A stretch of 64,000 bases of DNA from Tubiluchus corallicola (lineage: Eukaryota > Animalia > Priapulida). Each line of letters starts with the position of its first letter. The first letter of the stretch is position 1. The notes beneath the pieces are model-generated. The model saw nothing but the letters and a program-made list of their open reading frames with translations. It ran no database searches and was not told the origin of the DNA. The translations under genes and the position numbers were made by a program. This document shows, one piece after another, positions 41,094 through 54,290 of the stretch. The stretch is taken from assembly GCA_030141605.1 (NCBI GenBank), contig JAQGDQ010000178.1, positions 248,001 through 312,000 on the forward strand, in the 5' to 3' direction.

Positions 41094-43686
41094 TTACTCT
41101 TTTGCTTCTTCAAACATTTTTGGAATTTTCGCCTTAATCTTTTGTTTTAATTCTTCTGCATCTGCCATAATCTTTTTTGGAAACACAAATTTGGAAGTCC
41201 GCCTTGATACATTCTCGTCAGCCGCTTTTTCTGTGACCTTTCCTTCTTTTGCATCTACTATTTTTTTATTTATGTCTACTACAATGACGTGCGAATTTTG
41301 CTGTCTCTTAGGTGAAAGAGTGGCAGCACCATCTGCTTGTTTTACCTTAGCTTCATAAATCGGAATTACTTGTGTTGTTGTCATGGTCGTAAGACTCGGC
41401 ATGTTTTTAGCTCTCTTTTTCTTCTGATGATTTTTTCCTGCATAATGTGATACTGCGTGTACTTTACTAGTAAATGTTACTTGACACAAGGCACAGTAGC
41501 TTATATCTTCTTCTTCGTTTTCTTTGCATCTCTTGCTGCTGATGCTTAACCTGTTCGTGAAACTTTCCTCTTGATCGACTAGATGACCTCTCGGGGTGTC
41601 CTCGCACGCCATCTTTCTGTCGCTTGTAGTTTTTCCCAAAGCGTTAAGATTCACTGTTAATTGATCTGGGGTAAAACTGTGATTCCGAGCTTTCATAAAC
41701 TCTCCTATTTCCTTCAGATGCTTTTTAGCAGCTTTGTGTTGCTTACCGTAGTAATGTTGTATCGTATTCGTTTCACCCGACATCGTTACTCTGCACAAAG
41801 AGCAATGATTTTTTACTTGTTCTAAGACATCGCATGCAGACTCTTTGTGATGATTAATCACAACTTCGTTTGTTAAAAATCGACTTGAAAAAGTGCTTGT
41901 ACTTCCCGTTTCAGACTCGGCATTACGTGTTACCAAATTTATCACCTTATTAGAAAATAAAAAATAATTCTACACTAAGTATTTCAAGTGTTGAAGTGAC
42001 AGTGTTGTATCTTAAAAAATTAAATCAATGTCTAGTTAGTATTGTCATCTGGTGACACTGTGTGAAAAGCATAATCTGCATACATAATTATATAATAATA
42101 AATATTTGGCAATTAAATTTAATAGAGTCTAAGACCGAAAAATGTGAGCAAAAAGTTATTTTCGGACGTTTTTGCAAGTTCTTTTTGTCAACGTAAGCAG
42201 TTGTATGCAGGTATTCGTTCCGGTCCATGCGTGCGTGGAAGCAGGTAGAAGATGCGGTGGCCACTGCTTTGTTTTTTAGGAGACGCCAGGTCTTTAAAGT
42301 GTCACTTTCCGGGAGAAACCACGCGAAATTTCACGAAACTGGTGCTACTAAAAGAACCAATGAAAAAGTTTTTGGAGCCATTTTGAAAAGAATAAGTACA
42401 TTTGTACGGTGGTAAAGAAAAACAATCTACAATATGCAGAAAGTTTTGTACACAAAATTCCAGTAAACTGCAGTGTGATGTGATTTCCCACAAAAAAGTG
42501 AAACGGTGGTTCTATTATTTCCACTAAGCAAGCATATGAGATTCTTGCGCATTATTAATCACTGATGAGCAGTTCTAATAGCATTCGTCAAATCGTCATG
42601 CTATTCTGAAAGTTTCAAAATAATACCGATGCAGTTCAGAATGCTCTTGTGAAGTTTTCCTAGCTTTTGTTCAAATTAAGAAGCTACTATAAAGGGTTAT
42701 CTCTTCAGTCAGCTATAATTATTTTTTATTTCTCAGGCCAATAAAACCAGTTTTTGGCCTGAGTTAGGACCAGTACAGTGACAGAACACTGACGATCAAT
42801 TCTGAAATAAGATTAATTCTGAAATTGATCAAACAAGATAAATACTGAAAAAATTTGAGTTGGCTTGACTGAAAGAAGTCAATTCTTGTCTAATTTATCA
42901 TTTATTTTCTACACAAAAAGAGTACACGAAGAACACATCACGCAAAATCGAACAATACAAAAACCCTGGCAAATAATGTTACTCCACTTAATCCTGCAAA
43001 ACACTTATTGATAATGAGTTGAAATGAGAAGCAGTTATGGAAAAATCGGTCAGCTTGGTCAACTTACTGGCATCAGTGGTGGGGATGCTAACGCTAGCTT
43101 TTTCCGATGTTTATCGCTCACTATGTGTTGTTGATAGGGAGTTGGTCCACTGAATGACTTACAGCAATAGTTGCAAGAGAAACTTTCCATCTCGTGGTGT
43201 TTTTCTAGACAATTCTGAAAAAGATCAATTTAGTTCATTCTTCGTGTCCTGTTTGTGCCGCAACGACATTTTCTTCATGCGTGACTGTCTACTTAGTGAC
43301 AAGCGTGTTCATCCCTTTCATTAAGCCCAAATTCAGGGAAATGATTAGAATGCTTTTCTATTTTTTTTTATTCGTTTTTAATTATTCAATTTTAATTAAT
43401 TAATAAGTTTTTAGTTATTCGAGGCCTTAAAACACAAGAAGAATCTCCACTGACATGAAGCTTAAAAAAATTCGTCTTGAAATTTTATACCACTTACCTT
43501 AGCTTCATAAATCGGAATGACTTGTGTCGTTGCAATGGTCGTAAGACTTAGCATGTTTTTAGAATTCTTTTTCTTGTGATGGTTTTTTCCTGCATAATGT
43601 GATACTGCGTGTACTTTACTAGTAAACGTTTCTTGACACAAGGCACAGTAGCTTATATCTTCTTCTTCGTTTTCTTTGTTACTTAG
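41094..43686 (-). CDS. Matrin/U1-type C2H2 zinc-finger protein (ZNF385/ZNF346/ZMAT-like), 5'-incomplete, at least 3 exons and 4 fingers
   Basis: Phase-0 exons 43498..43686 (YCALCQETFTSKVHAVSHYAGKNH, AAG|gtaagt), 43068..43214 (tttttcag|, CNYCCKSFSGPTPYQQHIVSDKH, CCA|gtaagt) and 41094..41945 (HCSLC..HYYGKQH; YCALC..HYAGKNH). All fingers are C-x2-C-x12-H-x5-H. Start exon not located. Confidence 0.75.
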
Positions 43687-44441
43687 CTAAAGTAGCTTGC
43701 ACCCAGCATTTCTCACCAATGATAGCGAAATGTGTCCCCTCACCATTTAGGGACCGTTTTTAACTTCAGATTTGCAACTCAGTAAATTTATTCGACTTAC
43801 CTAATGGCTTACACTCGGACTTCTTTCTTTTTAATATATTACACAGTACACATGTAGAAATTTAAATTTTTACTAAAATTTAATGGCGGCACAAGTTTAC
43901 AAGATAAGACGAAAGTCGAAGGAGTTAGTGAGTCATGAACAGTACGAGTGGACTTTGTAACTTGAGGTAATATTCGTTCGAATCGAATCTACGCGCAACC
44001 ACAATGCATATAATGGCGCAATCGACCACCAAAAATAAAGGTAACGTGATGTCAATTTTAGGCAGGCTGCCTGAACTTCTAGTCATTTTCGTACGCGTAG
44101 CGTTAGCACCCTAGCATTATGCAAGACATCCGAGAGACCACTGAGCACAACTTCGTTTCTAAAGTGAACCGAGCAGTTACTGAAAACAAAACTGAAATAC
44201 TTCCACAAAATTTGTTGAAAAAAGTTGCATTTGTCTTTTACGTGTAGACAAAATTTGTGAATGACCGTTTGTTGTTTTTACGGCTCCTTAGGGGGTGTTG
44301 ACTTGTTGCTCCCTAGGGCTGCGCTCGATTTATAGATATGTATTAATTTGGTATAAACCTATTGCTGGTGAATTGGAAATGGACGTTATACTGACCAATG
44401 TACATTTATTGCCCGGATCAACATCTCCCATGGGCCCTGAT

Positions 44442-44447
44442 NNNNNN
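44442..44447. other. Assembly gap (6 N)
   Basis: nnnnnn in the sequence, 6 bp before the start of the second cadherin duplication unit. Confidence 1.
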
Positions 44448-45134
44448 GGCAAGTATAATTTTGAAGGCAAGTTTTCTGATACCTACTTCAAGGATATTGG
44501 CTCACCTTTTTATCTTACATCATTCTCTATTCTTTTTTGCCAATCAATTCAAAAACTAGGTTTCACCTGAATGCAGATCTACATAACATGAACTATGATC
44601 TATGAAAGGCGGAATTATTTTCAGTGTTTGTGTGTCTGCTCGCTTGTTTGATATGTGTTCGGTTTGTTCATTTGCAGTACTGCACTCGATTCTGTTAAAA
44701 AAACTTGTCAGTGCAGTTCATAATTCTTTTTAATATGTAATCCTACATTCTTAAGGGTCAGTTGCTGTGATTAAATTATGACATCTGAAAAAAGACAATG
44801 GATAAAAATGTTAAACAATGTCACAGTATTGTTAATTATATACAGCATTATAGTTCTATATCTATACAGTAGGTCTGGAAATCATTTTCACAGCATTGTG
44901 TGAAGTCAAAGAATGTGAAAAAAAAACAATGAGCAGGAATGGAATGTCTACCTCGCTAGCTTAAATAAAGCGCAAATTTGGAGGACAATTAGAAAAGTGG
45001 GAAAAGAAGGATATCACAAGACGGTGCAGAATTGATCACTTGAGCTATTCTTGTATTACTGTCGTAGCACTCAGTGGAATGTTGATTTGACATACTTTGC
45101 ATTACTCAAAGCAGAGTTCTTTATTTAAGACAAA

Positions 45135-47069
45135 ATGCATTTCATCGTGCGTGATCATGTTTGCCGTACTTTCACTGGCAAAGCTGTGGCCAGTATTTTG
45201 CACAATATTGTACTTATCACGATAGTTTTTCTTGGTTTTGTAGTCCTGGCTTCTTCAACAATAGATACAAGTCGGTGCAATCAGGTAATGAAAGCGCAGT
45301 ATTATTGGACTGTTAATGACAATAGTGTGCCTAACAGTGGTTTTACTATATTCTATGGTAAAAAAGATGGTATTACTTACGAACTTTTAAGATTCGGATT
45401 AAAGTCAGACTCAGGACAACTGTTTGGTTTGGGAAACTCAACGAATAACAAATACGCATTCAGTTTACGAACCACAAGGTCTATACCAGACTATCTCAGC
45501 ACTCAAGATGATCCACCCATCTTAAACTGGGTAATAAAAATAGAATGCAAATCAGTCTCCCATCCACAGGAAAAATTTGACATAAATGTGAATGTTTCTA
45601 TAAAATCACTGAATGAACACCCACCAAGAGCAGCACCGGGAACGCAAGATAGATATCTTGTCTCCGAAAAAGCTGAGATTGGAAGAATGTTAGCAAGTTT
45701 TAGGGTGCTAGATGATGATCTGAATGCTCCCTACAATTCTTTTTCAACGTGTAACATCAAGGGCAATAATTCCAAATTTGAAGCAAAAGCAAGACAGGGT
45801 ACCCACAATTGTGAAATTTTCTTGCAAGAGGAACTAGATTATGAGCAGCAGTCGCTGTATTATGTTACTATTACGATGCATGATGCAGGCATTATTCCAA
45901 ATGAAGGCACACATGTATTCACTTTCGATGTAGCAGATGTCCATTTAAATCCTGTATTTGATGCAGAAATGTATTACGCCACTATAAAAGACAATGACCC
46001 AGTAGGGACGATAATAAATGTCCAGCCAAACAGAATTTCTGCCATCGACGGTGAATCGGGCAAAAGTGATGAACACATAAGATACAGCCTGGTAATTGGA
46101 GGTAAACCTTTTCAGTTTGTCAACGCAGACAATAAAGAAACGCCAGAGGAACGTGTAGGTGACTTAAGAATAATTGGAAAGATAACAGAACTCGAGTATT
46201 TCATGCCAGTCAAAGCCACTTACGTGAAGGATGGCGAACCCGAGTACTACACTGCAATGACAGGCATACACATTACAGTGCAAATTCAAGGACCACCCCC
46301 TGGATTTACTCAAAATTTGTACAAAGCTACAGTTGTGGAAAATCTTCCTGTAGGACGGAGCGTATTGGTTGTCCAAGCCGAAGATTTATCCCGGACAAAT
46401 ATCCCAGAGTTTTCTTATAGTCTGAAGACGAAGACTGGCAAATCAGTAAATGAGTTTACTGTGGACGGCTATAATGGTATAATAACAGTTACGAAAAAAC
46501 TGACTCCAGGAGTACATGTTTTTGTTGCAGTGGCCGCAAATGCTGATGGGTCAAGGGAGGCTGACGTTAGGGTGACCGTTTTGGCAGAAATTAATGAGAA
46601 TCCAAAGTTCTCAAAGGACTTTTATTATGCCAAATTTGCGAAAAACCTTTGGGCTGATGATGGCGTTAATACAGTAAGCGCAACACCTGCAGACGTTGTT
46701 AAGTTTAGAATGCTTACTATGTACGAGTACTTTGTCATTAAGTCTCCTCAGCAGGGAATCGGCATCATTACAGGCACGGATATGATGATAAAAACTCTGC
46801 CGTTGGGAAAGTACAGGTTAGTTGTCCTTGCCTGCATAGATGGAAATGTAGCAATTGGTGAAGATGAGTTGTGCAGTGCAGTTGAAGTAGAGGCCACCGT
46901 AGTAAAAGAGGTCGATGATTGGATAGAGGCACAGCGTGATGATTCAACGACTAGCTACAGCATGAACGAAGTTCTCATACTCGTGGCTTTTGCTTTGGTT
47001 TTGTTTGGCATCGTATCCGTCCTAATCTACATGATTATTATGCAGCAGCGATACAAAATGGGAACCTGA
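45135..47069 (+). CDS. Intronless cadherin-repeat single-pass membrane protein, copy 2 (644 aa)
   Basis: Collinear paralog or allele of 38927..40861 with the same motifs; AATAAA at 47374. Confidence 0.9.
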   Translation: MHFIVRDHVCRTFTGKAVASILHNIVLITIVFLGFVVLASSTIDTSRCNQVMKAQYYWTVNDNSVPNSGFTIFYGKKDGITYELLRFGLKSDSGQLFGLGNSTNNKYAFSLRTTRSIPDYLSTQDDPPILNWVIKIECKSVSHPQEKFDINVNVSIKSLNEHPPRAAPGTQDRYLVSEKAEIGRMLASFRVLDDDLNAPYNSFSTCNIKGNNSKFEAKARQGTHNCEIFLQEELDYEQQSLYYVTITMHDAGIIPNEGTHVFTFDVADVHLNPVFDAEMYYATIKDNDPVGTIINVQPNRISAIDGESGKSDEHIRYSLVIGGKPFQFVNADNKETPEERVGDLRIIGKITELEYFMPVKATYVKDGEPEYYTAMTGIHITVQIQGPPPGFTQNLYKATVVENLPVGRSVLVVQAEDLSRTNIPEFSYSLKTKTGKSVNEFTVDGYNGIITVTKKLTPGVHVFVAVAANADGSREADVRVTVLAEINENPKFSKDFYYAKFAKNLWADDGVNTVSATPADVVKFRMLTMYEYFVIKSPQQGIGIITGTDMMIKTLPLGKYRLVVLACIDGNVAIGEDELCSAVEVEATVVKEVDDWIEAQRDDSTTSYSMNEVLILVAFALVLFGIVSVLIYMIIMQQRYKMGT

Positions 47070-49327
47070 CTCTAGTATTCTATTGTTGGCCGCCAACTTC
47101 AATAATTGTTACCTTTGAATGTTATAATAATTTGTTACACACAATTTCCTGTCTGTTACTTTTTTAAGAGAAAGTTTTAATTTTTTCTTGCACATTTGGC
47201 TATTTGTTTTCTTCTTTTAAAGGAATGTTATAATTTTTTTATGCATGCTTTTCTGTCAGTTATCTTTTTTTAAAGGGATGTTATAATTTTTCTGCACAGT
47301 TTTTAGTCTTGTATCTTTTTTTAAAAAATGTTATTTTGCACTTTAAACTTGTACTGTACTTGTACTGATACCCAATAAAATTCCATAGAAGTATTTTTTA
47401 TGGAAGTGTGCAATTTTTGACAAAGTTCCAGGTAGTCAGACTATGAACGAAATATAAGATAACAATTTAAAGAAATTAAAGATAACAATACGTATCACAA
47501 ACTATCGATTATCATATCAATACTAAAAAAATTTTTATCGTTGTCGTATCTATATTTGTTTAGAATATCCTCATCACTTTGAATTCAGTACGAATCGCTT
47601 TCTTTTATAAGAGTTTTTCTTTGCTTGTCAGCACCACTTCTGTTTCAATATCATCATCATATGCCCAACACATCTATTGTAGACATTGGGCAGGCAGAAT
47701 TCTAAAATAAAAGAAATCTGCCCTAGACAGGTAAACGCAGCAGTAATCCAGCAAGAAACTAGACACTGTTACACCAGTGGCTTGTCAGCACCACTTCCGA
47801 TTAAGGACCACTGCCGATTCGGTTTCAATGAAGACTCAGTCATTGTTGCTATTGACAATAGCATCAGTCTTCAGTCAGTTTAATAACGTGCGTGGATGAC
47901 AAGTGCCCTATTTTAAAGGCATTTTCCCAGTTATGCACTGACATAAATAAACTCACATGAATGGAAATGCTTTAACTTCGCAAAACTCAAATCCAGCCGG
48001 ACAGGAAAAAACTTTTGAGTTAGGCAATGTTGACCATTTCGCAGCATGAAACATCTAAACTCTCCTCTAGATGGCAAGATAAATAGAAGATGGAAAATCA
48101 ACCCTTCTGTACACAATCGAGAAGATTTGATGACAGTTGCATAAATAGTAACAAATTATGTAGTGAAAAACGATTTTTGATCTTACAAAAGGACAAGTAC
48201 ACAACACTGTTAAACAATACGACAGTGTGGCTACCAAAGTCTTGCAGTGTGTATGTAGTTCAATTATTCAATCAGCCGGAAGACGATACTGTTTTTGAGT
48301 TGTAGTAAACTTTATTTTTCTAGAGTATAAATTGCATTTTTGAGTACGGCAATGTAAATTACATGTATTTTGATTAAATAGACCATATTTTTTATTCAAG
48401 TCATATATTTTGAGTCTGACGATGTTTTTTGTAGGAAAAATGAAAGATTTCTTCTGTTCTGCTGAAATTCTTTGAGTTAGGAGAAAGAATGGGATATGCG
48501 ATTTTGAGTTATACTGAGTTTACTGTAGTCTTGAAATATTGAATAACATACTTTTAAAAGTCTTTGACGACATATTAGAAGGCTAAAAAATAGATAAGAT
48601 AAATAGAAGGCAGAAAATCAACCCTTCTATACAAAAATGACGAAATTTGATGACAATTACATAAATAATAACAAATTGTGAAGTGAAGCACGAGTTTTTA
48701 ATGTCCAAAAGGGCACTTGCTGTTGTTGTCATTGTTACTGCCATGTAGCAGCAAATCAGCTAGTTTACGTACAACTGGAAAGAAAAACACAACAAAGATG
48801 TCAAAAATGTCACAAGGTCATCAACTAAAGGTCACAAATTTTGCGTGGTCGAGGTCATCAACTGAACAACATCAAATGTACCAGGTAAAGGTTGCCAGCT
48901 AAAGGTTGTGAAATTTTACTAGCTCAGCATTGCGAACTAAAGGTCACGAAATTTTACGAGGTCAAAGTCATTAACTAATTTTCACAAAATTTTATCGGTC
49001 ATTTGCGAGGTCAAGGTCGTTAACTAAAGGTTATTCATTGATTTATTTTCATGTATTTCAGGAATGGATATGAAAACTCCGCTATCCTTCAACTTCTTTC
49101 AAGTCTTTCGTACGGCGTTTACAATCGAGAAGACGCATGTGTCCAGCTGAGTGCTGTTGACATGCACTCTCTTGTGATCAGGCATTCCTTATTTCTGTAT
49201 GTAATGCAAGACGTGTCAGAAGAAATAAAATCAGATGTTAAAAGTGATGTGCCCATATATATTTTCCTTGTTTGTCTCTTCTCTCTTTTCTCTTTCTTTT
49301 TCATTCTTTTCTGTTAGCGAAAATATA

Positions 49328-50575
49328 CAATAAGTCCTCGCTTAACGATGCTAATGCACTTCAGCAAAATGCGACGTTAAGTGAGACATCGTTAAGCAGA
49401 ACCAAGCCTTCCGTAGAAGGTAATGTAAAAGAATTTATATACCTTCCAGAAGCCAAAACAATGCTGCTTAAAGCATACGCATCAGACGTTTAATACATAT
49501 TTCTACCTCTTACTTTCTTTCTACTTGCTTAAGATACAGGGTGGTGGAGTTTTGCTCGTTAGTCCACATCCTGTGGTTATTTTATATGGCTGAACACCAA
49601 GTTTGGGGTCAACCTGTCTTTGATGGTACTCGCATGCAGTGAGATGTTTTATCACAAAGACAATAGTTTTGTCTACTTTTGTTTATTCGTTGTTTGCTGT
49701 GATGACACTATCTTGACATTCCAAGAAGCAAGTGTTTGGTAACCATATTTCCACCTGCAGAATAGGACCCAAATTCTCACTGAAAAGTAGTGGAAAACCA
49801 GTCGAGGACCAGTTCACCTGGACCAATGGTCTGTCTGTTCGTCTGAACTGAAGTATCTGTTTGTCACCCTGCAAAAGGATGATATCTAGCTTCATTACTA
49901 GGAGTCTGAGGCAACCAGGCAAGAGTTCAATCTCGAGGCAACCAGGTACGAGTTCAACCGCTGGATTTCTGGAGCAGTTTTAAAGCGTGGTCCATGCAGA
50001 GGCTGGATTGGTGACAATTGGCAAGGAGTTGCTGGCAAGGACGTGACTGACTGCTGGAGATGTAAAGCCGATGTGGTATGGTTGGATACTGAAGAGCGTG
50101 GTGGATAGATCCAAAAACCTGATGAGAGACAGAAGCGTAGCCGGCCAACGTTCCTTTTGGGGAAATTAGGTATTGTTCGAAATTGATATCAATTCAATTT
50201 TGCTATCATTGCTTTACTGATTAAATTCTAAATCTAAATATTAGCTTTTAGTTCCGTTTTCGTTCTGATTAAATAATTTGCACGTGCATACAGGTGTTTC
50301 ACCAGTGACACGGATTCACGTAGCCTACACAAATGAATGATTATCCTGTAAATTTGGCATATAAAGGTGACGGAAACGCTCGAGAACCCTTAACACAGTA
50401 CTCTGATTTCCTAACGTCCTGACTTAATTATTACACGGCGTCACAGTAATATAAAAAATGGCTGTGAGTCAAGTAAAAATTGTCATTAAAATGAAACGTG
50501 CATAGTAAAGTGAGAAAAAGTCGTCGTTAAAACGAAACGTCGATAAATGGGGAGTCATTAAGTGAGGAATTACTG
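49328..50575. mobile_element. Tigger/pogo-like non-autonomous DNA transposon in a URB1-pseudogene intron
   Basis: TA|caataagtcctcgcttaacg ... cattaagtgaggaattactg|TA imperfect TIRs; left ~160 bp repeated at 59409-59570. Confidence 0.6.
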
Positions 50576-52072
50576 TATAGCTATACTGTATGGGACATTG
50601 CTAATGTGGTAATTAATGTTTATACCATTTTTATGGTGAATTTATGGAAATGATTTTATCAACACATTTAGTGGTATATGGCACTGTGTTTAAGGTGCCT
50701 GTTGTAAAGATAGTAAAGAAACGGTACTTATTTTACCTCTGATTTTATTTTTGGTTTTCCATTTTTTATTTTTGGTTATTTGCCCCAAATATGTTAAACC
50801 ATTGGAAACTTGATTTTTGCTTTGACCAGTTAATTTATGAAATTATCTGATCTATAATCATAATCATAACCGTAACCAATATGTTTTATCTGTTAAACAA
50901 GCAAACAGAAATTTTTAGTTAAACAGGTTCAACATTAATTAACTTTAATTTTGCAAAAAATAAGAAAAACAAAGTAGTAAATAGGTGCATCTTTGCCTCC
51001 TTGTCTGGCTCAGACCATTACGGGCTCGCGATTTACATTTTTCACGGTGTAAACCTTAAAATTTAATCCAGCTCAAGTTTCTAGAGGAATTTTTAACCAA
51101 CAAACCTCTCTCTGCATTATAAATACAAAAGTGTGCAAACTATGTGATTAAAATTTGCTGCTTAGTGTATAACGTATTTTCTTTTAATTTCAGCTGCACT
51201 TGTAACCTTGTTGATTGTTCTGACAACAGTGATTCCCTCTTGTTGCAAATTGTTGTTCTTCACGATCTTGTTGAGTGCATACAGTGACACCTTGCGGAAA
51301 ACTGATCAACTACTGATGCAATTGATGCGGCTCTACGAGAAGGCAGGTTGCAATCTTCGTGATTATCTATAAGTTTATTTCGTCTGTTTTTAGCTCTACG
51401 ATTCCTGTACTGGTTAGTCAATATGGGAAATCTTCTATTGACTTGAGACGCTTGTCACATTGCTAAGCAATTATGATACAGAGAAGTCTTGAATTCAAGC
51501 TAAATTTAGCACTAACTATAAAAGTTTTACTATTTTTGTTTATTTAGCCTAAATATCATAATGCATTAAAACATACATTAAATACGTTAACTCCTTCGTC
51601 ACCCGTAAGGTAACAATTAACTTGATTCTTGTTTTTTTACGTTCTCTTGTCATTTCTTGTTATTTTCTGTATTGACTGTACCTCATGAGCACCAATCAAG
51701 TACAATCAAAATATAAGCACCAATCTAACCTTTATAGAGTCTAGCGCCGCTCTCCTGCCTATGATCAAACAGTTTCATAAAAATTACACATTTTTTCCAG
51801 TGGCAGAGTTAGGTTCTATTGTTAGAGGGAGCAAGTACAGAAAGAGAAAAAAGCACTGTGACATGTACCAAACAATTTTTAACATATTGATTATACATTT
51901 TAATTTTGTGTTTTATCAAAACATGGGAAAGATAAAGTTTTAATCGGAAAGTACATTATTGTTTTTTTTTGCATTTAAAACGCAATAAAAAGTTTTACAG
52001 GAAGCTCAAAAATCTCAACACGTAATAAAAACACATAGGTTATTTAATCATTTTAATTTCATACATAAAATG

Positions 52073-52593
52073 CAGGGACTCAATTTTCCGCGGATATGCA
52101 GAGTTCCGAGTTTTTGGAAGACCAGTAGTGCCATTTTTGTAAATCGCGTAAATTCGTTGAGAAAATTTTTACGGACCCAGTACATTATTTCACAAGCTGA
52201 GCGCTAGGTGGCAGGCCGTCACTTTGTTTACATCCCGTACATCAGTGTAACCACGTGTATATCTCTATGTATAAAAATATAGAATCAATTGTGCGTAGTT
52301 ATTTGAGTCATTCGCAGACAGTTTTTATATACTTTTGAGTAGGAGCGGCCAGTACTTAGGCGTTTTTGAGACAATTAGGTATCATGTATCCTTGATAGTT
52401 GGGTATTTTCAATTATGCATGAAACAAGGTAATTGATATTTTAAGTACACTTAGAGGCTCTCTATGGTCACAAAATTGCAATTTGTTGCTGGCTCCAAGG
52501 GGGCTTTTCCCCTCAACCCCATTGGGAGCCTAGGTGGCCCCAAAACCCTCAGCCTGTTTCACAGTTTTTTGCAATTTGTCATTCTCATCCCTG
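52073..52593. mobile_element. Possible hAT-like MITE
   Basis: caggga...tccctg ends flanked on both sides by aaaatg; internal GC-rich patch. Confidence 0.35.
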
Positions 52594-53989
52594 AAAATGA
52601 TTGCAAAATGAAGCATGTGTCATGAACTAACTACAACCGTTTCGTTCGTCTAGACTTTATTCTAGCAAAGTATTCTGTTACTTTGTTATTACTTAATTGA
52701 CAGCACGCCCTATACTAGACATTCATGTGACAAGAATATATTATAATGATTTGATTTGGGGTAATTTGATTCTTAGTTCATATGGGCAATGGAATAGGTG
52801 GGAGAGCTGTTACTGAATTAAACTTTGCCCCCACAATTATTAAGCCTGTTAGCTTTTTCAATCAAATAATCAAAAATTACAATCATTAACAAGTCACGAG
52901 GAATTATATTATAACATCTATACTGGCAGGTACAATCACAGAATCAAATAACATAATTATTATCAATACTAAAATTGCACTGTACTGAAACACAGCGGAA
53001 CAATTAGCCTGGCTAGCCCACAGGTCTAAATGTTCAAGGTAGACCTGTCTTACACAGCTTAAATACAGAAAACTAGAACACTATTAATGTAAAAGGTCAT
53101 TCAGAAGTAAATAAGTACAGTAAGATTAGAGGGAAATTTAAGCTTTATCAATGCTATAACAAGCCTAAAAAAGGGAGGGAATGAGATTAAAAAATTATGA
53201 AAGAGAGATGAGCAAGAAGACACAATATAATATCTAAAAGTCAAGTTAATCACTGCGAAGTAATTAAGGCGAACTTCGCGAAAGTTCAGTCAGTCAACAT
53301 TGACAAATGAATTGCAGAAATGCACGCTCATTTAAAAACGAGTGATGCAGGTTGATTCTGTAAAGACTCCATTGTTGGAAATTTTGAAAATCTGCTCCGT
53401 AGAGTGACTACTTTTCTTGTTCCTCCTTTATCGGCTCTGCCTCTGCTCTTTTCCACAACGGATAGCAGTAAAGTAGATTTATGCGTAGGACATTTTGCCT
53501 GTCGCTTAATTTTTTTTACAGTTTTGCAGTTTGCAGCAGCAAATTGAAACAGTACAGGTTCACATACTAGGTACCATTTAGAATGTGATTAGAGAAACGT
53601 AACATTTATCTGTTCTGCAGGCCATTTGTTTGGGGCCCCGCGGCGGTGGAGCACTACTCGACAACGAAAACCCAAGAACCATCTCTTTTGACGCGGATGT
53701 GCATGGACGACGTGCTGGATCTGTTAGATGCCCACAAGTTGTTGGAATCGGCCATTAAATTTCCTCTACAGCGGCGACTGCTGGTATAAACATTTTTATT
53801 GAAAATTGCAATCGAATTATTCTTACCTGGGAAATGACACCCTGCTACCTGCTTATGAGTTTTTTCTCCAGCTGCTTATCTGTGGAACGCTTGAGCATGG
53901 AAATCAGAAAACTGTTTTTTTACAACCACAATTGCTTAAAGAAGGATAATGGGAGGTCCCTGGCAAATTCTTTTTTAACACGTTTTTAT

Positions 53990-54290
53990 CTAGTTGTATT
54001 GCTTTTTTGTTATTATTGTTATTGCCATCTTTATTGCTATTGTTATTGCTTTTGTTTTTTTATTATTTTTGTTATGTATTAGTATTGTTTTTTATTATTG
54101 TTATTGCTGTGTTTATTCCTATTGTTTTTGCTATTGTTTTTTATTATTACTGTCATGTTTATTGCTGTTGTCATGGCTATTGCTTTATATTATTGTTATT
54201 GTCATGTTTTTGCTATTTTTATTGTTATTGCTATGGTTTTTTACTATTGTTTTTTCATGTATATTGCTATTGTTTTTTCAATGTTATTTT
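53990..54290. repeat. Degenerate (TATTGT/TATTGC)n low-complexity tract
   Basis: Direct reading. Confidence 0.85.
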
